A stretch of 63,007 nt of DNA, the filler included, from Craspedostauros australis (lineage: Eukaryota), in the NCBI GenBank assembly GCA_030167865.1. It is 12 parts of 12 records of this genome, joined end to end, with 100 filler letters (N's around TTAATTAATTAA, not from the genome) between each part and the next. Parts side by side here need not be neighbours in the genome. Positions count along the whole stretch, not along the records: positions 53,763 to 57,971 come from JALAGF010001619.1; positions 58,072 to 59,177 come from JALAGF010001621.1; positions 59,278 to 61,219 come from JALAGF010001622.1; positions 61,320 to 63,007 come from JALAGF010001624.1; 8 more parts are not named here. One strand, given 5' to 3'. The notes under the pieces are model-generated. The model worked only from the letters and a program-made list of their open reading frames with translations, made no database searches and was not told the origin of the DNA. The stretch's first letter is position 1; each line of letters opens with the position of its first letter. Below are positions 55,234 through 63,007 of the stretch, in pieces. Made by a program: the position numbers and the translations under genes.

Positions 55234-57971
55234 ATGGTGGGCTCCAATGACCATCTTTACAAGAATGGGCCTGATGCCACTTAACTCATGAAGGCATTTT
55301 TTGCTGATCCCACAAAATGGCACTGAGAGGCAGTGCCTTTGCATCTGCAGCATTCGTTCTTACTCAAGTACGATGCAAAGAAGTTCGTTCGGACCCTACG
55401 CAAGTTCAAACGGACATTGGTGAAGAAGGGTTTGTTTCACCGTAAGTACTGCATGCCCAGCCACATAATCAAAGCTCCATCATGAACTCGTCTGCTTGTA
55501 TTCAGGTGCCTTCTCATCTCTTTTTCTCTTTCCTATGACTCCAACATATTACCTTCATCTCTTCATCATCCAATCCAGAGGATGGCAAGCGGAACGAGAT
55601 CTCAACCCATAGTCTTGGTGCCACCATCTGTCCTTTGGATGAACCAGCAGTTGATGATGCTGAGTTGGCAACCTCCAATCATGATACCAACACTGCAACC
55701 AGTTCTAACACTACCGACAGCCACACCAACAGCACCAGGAGCGGAACTAACAGGAACAACACCAACAGGAACGGCACCAACAGACGAATGACACGTGGCA
55801 GCATGTATGAAGCATCAAATGAAGGTGACGCTGCCCCCTATTGGAACCGATGACACATATGAGAGCAGCAGCAGCGCATGGGATAGGTATGACAAAGCAT
55901 CGGACAACATTGATGACACTGATTCCGACAATGACATTGCGTACCTTGGCACTACCAACAAACCAGGCTCAAGCAGATTTACAACCACCCCTCATGGCCC
56001 TATCCCTGCAAGATTGGCCACATTTTTTAGGTATCAGAGTCCCAACGAGTTGCAAGGTTTCAATAGCAGAGTCGAACCGTTGAGGTCTTCCACACAACCC
56101 AGGTGTGGAGACCTCATAGTGAAAGGCATTGCATGGTTGGAGTGGATTTACATATGCCTTCATGCACAACCAGGAATGATGCTATGGTCACCATCGAAAG
56201 TTGGAAAGTGGATGGAGCACATTGGATGTTCCTGATGTTGCTCTGCAAACCACCAGTTGCTTTCGGTCACGACAGAAGCATTTTCGACATGCCCATTGAC
56301 AAGTTGGGACATCCATTCTCAGATTCAGGCCAGAAACGTTCTGCCCATATGCAACAGTTTCGGAATGAAGACTTAACAGAGTCGTTTTGATCCGACATGC
56401 TGGTACCGATGCCATTTCCAATTGACACCATCTTCTGTGACACACCATGCTGAAGATTGGGAGGAGTGGTCTGGCTTTGTCATGTTGTGAGGGATAATGA
56501 TGGTGCCACCCACAACATCCTTACAATATTGGTACGTTTGAAGGAAGCAACCAATGTTGGTGTGACCCAGCACTTCTCTGTATGCCATGATCTGGGCTTT
56601 ACAGATGGTGACGGAAGCCATCAGGATCGCAATACAGAAGCAACGAACACATCTAACTGAAGCACGAACATTGCCACCCACAACATCAACAACATCATGA
56701 CAAGCACAAGGAACATGACTGTCGGCACCACAGCTGCCATGGCTGGCAACAACATGACGCCCTCAACACCCCAACCCACAATCGACCTAGGAGGTCGCTG
56801 CTCCATGCCGGCAGGGGACAGTCTGCGCAATAGCAACGGACAACTACCATCGGCAATGCAGCCAAGGCTGCATGGCCAACAAGCCACGCCCACAGTTTCT
56901 GTAATCAGTCAGTGATCAGACAGCAACCCTGACTGCCACTGAAGACTTCATGTCAGTCTTGATGGACAGTACCAAACTAACAAGAGATTGCATTGAAATA
57001 CAGAGGGCAATGTTTGAGATGATGGAGTCTCAGCTGGCTCTCAAGGTGGAGGCAACACACGCAAAGAAGGCATGGGAGGACACCTTGCAACAGAGATCCA
57101 GATTGTTTGGAGATGTCAATGAAGAAATCCAAGCAATGAGGAAGCCCCACCTTGCAAAAGAAGTGCCCCTGGCAGGTGTCCCCAAAGTCAATGTTGACGT
57201 CTCCCCAAATGGCAACAAATGGTGGGAGCACAAGGAGATCTCCCTCGATGCAGTGTTGGTTGATGTTGCTGGCCAGTCGGCATGCAGATCAGCTTGTCAA
57301 GGTACCATGGCAACAGTTGTGGCAGGTGTGGGAGCTGGTTCAGACCAGTACATGCACCAACGCCCTAACATGGATGAAAGAAGCCGGAGAAGTTGCATTC
57401 TCCCATCATCTCAATGGATCCTACCAGCCCAGGCAGTTGATGCCTATCACAGAACACAAACAGAGACGCAGACAATGCCACCACCACGATCACCAGCAGG
57501 AGCATTGGTGGAAGGCTCAGACATTGGAAGAGTAAGGGCACAGATAGAGGGGATAGCAGCAGCGGGGTCACCTGTACGGATCCTACCAGCCCAGGCAGTC
57601 GACACCCATCACAGAACACAAACAGAGACACGAACAGAGACGCAGGCAATGCCATCACCACGATCACCAGTATCAACAACAGGAGCCAAAATATCTAGAA
57701 TCNGGATGCCATCGCCAACTGCAACACTGGCATCAACTGCAGCGGTCCCTGAAGATGATGCAAGAACAGGAGAGACAGCAGAAGGAAGTACGGAACAAGC
57801 ACTGCAGCCTGCAGCAGCGCCACCAGCAACAGCAGAAGAAGGTACGGAAGAACAACAACCACAACACCAGCATGATGACAAAGAGAAAGAACCAGGAGAG
57901 GCTGCTACTACTGGGATGAGGACCCGGGGGAGGGCTGCACGACAGAGCCGCGGTGATGCAAGTAAACCACA
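55234..57971 (+). pseudogene. Decayed intron-containing coding region, probably part of a methylated repeat or TE
   Basis: Protein-like frame from ATG 55234 is broken by TAA (55282) and TGA (55324); GTAAGT donor at 55442; fragmented ORFs downstream; visibly CpG-poor and TpG/CpA-rich. Confidence 0.5.
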
Positions 57972-58071
57972 NNNNNNNNNNNNNNNNNNNNNNNNNNNNN
58001 NNNNNNNNNNNNNNNTTAATTAATTAANNNNNNNNNNNNNNNNNNNNNNNNNNNNNNNNNNNNNNNNNNNN
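57972..58071. other. Artificial contig linker
   Basis: N44-TTAATTAATTAA-N44. Confidence 0.99.
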
Positions 58072-59177
58072 GAAACAACACAGGGGAAAAACAAACAAAC
58101 AGAGCATGTGTCTTTGTTGGATTCATGGCATGCGGTCACAATCTGGTTCACAACACGGAGTGTATCAGCAATACACCAACAGCAGATAAGCAATAGAAGA
58201 CTGTCATCTGTGTGCCTGCGAGTGCTTCATTTCGCGTCCTGAGCACGCAAGCAAGCCAGAATCATTCGAAACCGAAGTCGGGATTGATGTCACATGATGG
58301 GAAGAACCCGGATCTAGTTTTCCTGTTGGACGAAAAGAGACATTAATAAGGATGTTGGATTTTACCGCTGCTTTGTCCGTTGGGCATGGCCGGCGGACAC
58401 ATTTCCGCCTGGTCGGCGTGATGGCTGAATCCTTTCCGGTCGGAGTAGTACTATGTATCAGGCCGCCAAATTTTCCAGAGCGCATGGTCAGTAAACACAA
58501 AGTTCCTTCGTCACACGTGCATCGCTTGGGCTTGCGCAGGCATGGACCAGATGGCGGGCTTCGTTCGAGCGGAATGGTCGGAGTTGTGGCATCTTGGTGT
58601 CCCAAGCGACACCTTCATGACTAGGCTCCGTGTCTCGTGTTCAGTGTAAACATGTCCGAACGGAGAAGTGATGAAGAAGGTCAAGCCGGAACGGCCAACG
58701 ATGATCTTATTTCGCCACAGTACTTCCGTTTGAATCTCCGAAATTCTCTGCGACATAGGCGGCGCTATTTTGACAGGCCAATCAGCGTTCACGGACCAAT
58801 TGAACAGAAAAGAGGCGCGACCAATCTCAGACGCGCTTCCCAAGAGTGGTTTTTTTACGCGCTACAAACATGAAATGACGAATTTGGCGATCCAACTGAC
58901 ATCTGATTCCGATACCTTGTCCGGTGGTCTGCTTATGCCCTCCATAGTTGTGTTTCATGTGTTCGGATTCACCCGCGGGATTTTGTCAACGCCAGTGTCA
59001 ATTTGGGTTCGTGCTCTCGTTTTGTGTTCTCTCTGTGTGCTTGCCGCTGAAATTGTGGCGAGGACCACGTGCGAGGCGCAAACCCACGCAAATGTAAATT
59101 TGGGGCAATCGTTTGCCACCGCGAAAGGAATATGGCGATGGTGGTCCCCCACCGCGTCTTTCGTCAACCCACTAGTG

Positions 59178-59277
59178 NNNNNNNNNNNNNNNNNNNNNNN
59201 NNNNNNNNNNNNNNNNNNNNNTTAATTAATTAANNNNNNNNNNNNNNNNNNNNNNNNNNNNNNNNNNNNNNNNNNNN
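59178..59277. other. Artificial contig linker
   Basis: N44-TTAATTAATTAA-N44. Confidence 0.99.
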
Positions 59278-59680
59278 ATAACAGAACAACTAACTTAGTG
59301 AACCAATTGTAGCCCCACCCGGTCTACATGAGCAACAGGATTGAGACCTGTTTCAACAGGACATGGCGTCAACTCTCGACTAACCGGTACTTGCGCTCCT
59401 TGGAGGCTGGACAAAGCGGGAAGAGACAAGACCGAACAAAGCTCCAGCAATCAGTGAGCATTCGCACCTCGAATGCACAATCGTTCTGTGATGTGTTACT
59501 AGCACACCAAGTCACACATCCATCGCTGTGCCGATGTTTGTCACCTCACGCCAGAAACCGTGATTCGTGAACACGCGAATAGATACGGGGTTACGGTAAA
59601 AGCCTATTAGTTCATGTTTACAGGTAGTTGATCGTGGCTTCGCCTTCGCCATGTTGGTCATTTTTGAGCTTTCGTCATGA

Positions 59681-61195
59681 TCAAACAAAGAGCAAATATA
59701 CAATCGATTGGAGGGCCACCAGAGTGCTCAACCCAACCAGCGGTGACGATGACGATGTCGGAGCTGCTGTCGGGGTCGATGTGGGCGACGATGACGGGGC
59801 CCCCGTAGCAGCTGTGCCGACAGCAGTCAAGTCGGTCATGTTGAAGCCGCTGTTGGCCATCTTTTCGTAGGCGTTGCGGAAATCCTCCATCCACAGCTCG
59901 TTGTCGTTCACGTATTCGTTCAGCTTGCTGCTGGTGCTGGCGACGGGGCAGTCCACAGCGCCGAGGGTGGCATTGACTTGAGGCATGTTGCAGCTCACGA
60001 CGCCGCCGGCATCCATGAATCCATCGAAATCGTAGGCCAAACCGAGATCGGAATTGAGGAAGACGAGGAAGTCGCCCACCTGCAGGTTGCGGCTTGTGCC
60101 GTCACGGTAGATACCGCTGTTTCCAATGTACTGCCAGATAGCGACCCCGTTGGGCGCCTGCGCCACATTAAAATCTCCATCCCGCACACTCTCAAAGAAT
60201 GCATTGTCCAACGTCGTTGGGTCGGCCACCCAACGGGCGCTGGTGATGGGGCCGGACGGCGCAACCGTGATTTGTCCGCTGCGTTGTTGGTGCGTACATG
60301 GATGGATGGATGGATGGATGGACAACAGATGGAAATAAATTATTGGTTGGTCGAGAGTCGATGGAGGCAGAAATGGTGAGCGAGACGCTTGTGTCGTGCA
60401 CATGACATGCATGTGTGCTCCAGGTAGATGGATGCTTGCAAGGATGTCGGCAGAGCTCGTACCTACAGTGCGCATTCAAACTCTCACTAGAACAGGAAGC
60501 TCAACTTACATTGTGTGTGCTCCAATAGCGGCGACAGTCTCGTCAGCGGTGAGACCGAAGTGTTTCTTGAAGTAGGCGACAGTTTGTTCGGTGGTGAAGT
60601 CCAGTCCTGGCATTTCCCGTGGTGGACCTGCGACGTCGGTGTAACCTGCAGCAGCATCGCATGTTGGCCGACCGAAGTAATCAAATCGGTACTCGAAGTT
60701 GTTGTTGGGTTGCATCCCTTCCGCTGCGACCAATCCAGCCAGCCCCCAGATATCTGTGCGGGTGAGGTATTGGGAGTACGTCTTCACGAGCGGACGAAGC
60801 GCCTCGACTGGAGTGAGCAATCCGCCGTTGTCCTTGTTGGAAAGGTCGATGCATCCATCACACACATCGACGCAGTCATGGAAGGTGAGACGAATGAGTT
60901 GAGGTGCAAGGCGGTAGTTGCTTGCGATAAGGTCAACAATATCCTGTCGCAGCGCGTTGACTGCGTCGCGTGGGGTCGGGAAGTTGAGCGGGGTGACATC
61001 ATCGCCAGTGGCTCGGCCAGATGTATCCTGGCTCAATCCACGGGTACGACGGGCGGACCCATTCACGGCATTGTCTGTGCGAGGAGAGGCAGCATCGCTG
61101 TCGTGGGGGTTGTCACCGCCCGCGGTGTATCCGAGGTATGGGCATGCCTGTGCGGCAGCAATGGTTGCGAGGAGAGTTGCGAGGCTGGTCTTCAT
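59681..61195 (-). CDS. Secreted heme peroxidase (non-animal peroxidase superfamily), 427 aa, with GPI-like C-terminus; complement(join(59681..60278,60510..61195))
   Basis: Signal peptide; distal IRLTFHDC...CDG; splice GTAAGT(60509)...CAG(60279) restores proximal GAHTIG; LDNAFF, LNSDLGL, DFRNAYEKM; Ser/Thr/Pro spacer then a hydrophobic tail. Confidence 0.92.
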
Positions 61196-61219
61196 GCTGG
61201 ATCTTCGGTGATTTGTTTT

Positions 61220-61319
61220 NNNNNNNNNNNNNNNNNNNNNNNNNNNNNNNNNNNNNNNNNNNNTTAATTAATTAANNNNNNNNNNNNNNNNNNNNNNNNN
61301 NNNNNNNNNNNNNNNNNNN
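61220..61319. other. Artificial contig linker
   Basis: N44-TTAATTAATTAA-N44. Confidence 0.99.
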
Positions 61320-63007
61320 CGGAGAGAACAAATCCATGCAAGATATTCTCATCGATGCCGGACTGAATGTGAAATTCGAGTACATAGCATCGAACACACC
61401 ACAGCAGAACGGTAGAGTGGAATGCAAGTTCGCGTACCTCTACACCAAGATCCGCTCCATGCTAAATGGAGCACAGCTCGACGAAGAGTATAGGCATGGT
61501 CTGTGGGCAGCAGCTGCAAGCACTGCCACCGCCATCGCCAACATCACCGTAGCGAAGAATCAGAAAGAGTCACCAGATCGCCAATTCTTTGGCAGCGATC
61601 CACCATATGCAGATGCACTCCGCACNTTTGGAGNAGTGGGTGTTGTGAAGACTACCTACGGCGGGATCACCGCCAAACTCAAGAATAGAGGAGAAGAGAT
61701 GGTGTTCATCGGATATGCACACCAACANGCATCAGGGGTCTACAACATGTACAGACCATCGACCAAGTCACTCATCTGTTCACGCGACATCAAGTGGCTC
61801 AACCAATCATACGGACAGTTCCGTGACTGGGCACCAGCACCGAACATATCCAACGAAACAGAAACGACGGACGCAGACGGCTTCACAACCATTGGACGGA
61901 AGGGAGCAATGCCAAGGACGGCAACGCGTCAAGCATCAGAAGCGAAGAGAGTATCTTTCGCTGACAGCAACAGGTACTATATCCTATCGGACAGCGACGA
62001 TGAGGATAATGAGGACGACGGAGTAGTGACTCAACTGGTCCATAACGACGAGGAAGATCGGAGCGAATCCAATCACGAGGATGATGAGATCATACCATCC
62101 GGCGACGAAGCCGACGATGACACAGGCGTCACTCCTCCGAACACACCAGCGAGGTCTACACATGACACACCATCCAGACCTCCACCAAGCAAACCAAGCA
62201 AGCGTGACATAGCTAGAAAGGAGAGGATCCGACGTCACGAAGCACGAGGCAGGAAGGGAGAAGCAAGCTCCAAGCCAACTACAGGGAAGAGTATTCCCAG
62301 AGCTCTGCGTGAGCTTGCAGACTTCAACAAACGAGGTCGAAAGGAAGAAGGCTATGAGAGCGATCCATCATCCGATGAGGCGAGCGACGAACTCAGCGAC
62401 GAGATGATCGACGATTCCAACAACGAAACTACAGAAGATGAAGAAATCATGGATGAAGGAGAAATCGAGATCACTCACTATAGCACAACAGGACTATACG
62501 GGATGAACGCAATCATCACCGACGTACCAACGATCGACATCGGACTGTCGATGCAGGACGAGAACAAGGAACCAGATAAGCACATCGAACCAACAGCATT
62601 CGATGGAGCCTTCAATCATCCAGATCCCATCCATCGAAAGGGATATCGAGCAGCCATCAAGAAGGAGTTCAACTCCATGGACACACGCAAGGTGTACAGC
62701 AAGATCAAACGAGACGCCATCCCACGCGGCCGCAGATGCTGCAAATGCAAATGGGTCTTCAAGCTGAAGCGCGACGGCACACATCGAGCGCGGCTCGTTG
62801 CATGTGGCTATTCACAAGTCGCAGGAGTAGACTTCCAAGAGCACTACTCACCCGTCATCCATGACGTGACCTATCGGGTCATGATGGTGATCATGCTNAT
62901 CAAGAAGATGGACTGCGCACTCGTCGATGTTGTAACGGCATTCCTACATGGAGACCTCGACGAGGAGATCTACATGAACTGTCCCAATGGGATGGATCAT
63001 CAACCAG
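61320..63007 (+). mobile_element. Ty1/copia family B copy 2: integrase C-terminal part, linker and start of RT; open to the window end and missed by the ORF track
   Basis: Frame from 61321 is colinear with 49540..50841 and continues into CKWVFKLKRDG..RARLVACGYSQ..GVDF and DVVTAFLHGDLDEEIYM. Confidence 0.92.

Noticed and set aside
59170..59177. Contig ending in CACTAGTG as a CACTA or Helitron terminus
   Set aside because: Only a short match at an assembly edge; no partner terminus or transposase on the contig.
58072..59177. Short ORFs on the 1.1-kb contig
   Set aside because: No recognisable protein motifs or consistent exon structure.
24089..61195. Amine oxidase, NRPS-like enzyme and peroxidase as one biosynthetic or redox gene cluster
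   Set aside because: They are on different contigs separated by artificial linkers and TEs; no evidence of linkage.

Overview
Eukaryotic nuclear DNA, most likely from a diatom. This is inferred from GT-AG introns, CoDi-like Ty1/copia retrotransposons and the gene content. The window is not continuous sequence: 12 contig pieces are joined by 11 identical artificial 100-nt linkers (N44-TTAATTAATTAA-N44), so neighbourhood across linkers cannot be trusted. The first 33.6 kb is gene-rich. It holds a bacterial-type RlmJ-like rRNA methyltransferase, two tandem ankyrin genes, V-ATPase subunit A, a six-bromodomain protein, two type II membrane glycosyltransferase-like genes, the start of an M6-type protease, a membrane-anchored flavin amine oxidase and a 1798-aa double (TM-Cache-TM-HAMP)-TPR receptor. 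The rest is short, TE-rich contigs. These carry two near-complete copies of one copia family, fragments of two other copia families, two Sola3-like DDD transposases, a FAAL-ACP-membrane (Pls-like) NRPS-like fragment, a 122-bp tandem array, a CpG-decayed pseudogene and a secreted, probably GPI-anchored heme peroxidase. The most striking observations are in the main copia family. First, gag and pol are in one frame, separated by a single UGA that sits in a GCAA-tetraloop hairpin, which suggests programmed readthrough. Second, the 143-bp 5' LTR has no recognisable tRNA primer-binding site; the sequence there is complementary to a segment inside the LTR, which suggests Tf1-like self-priming. All family calls come from motifs read by eye; no database search was run.
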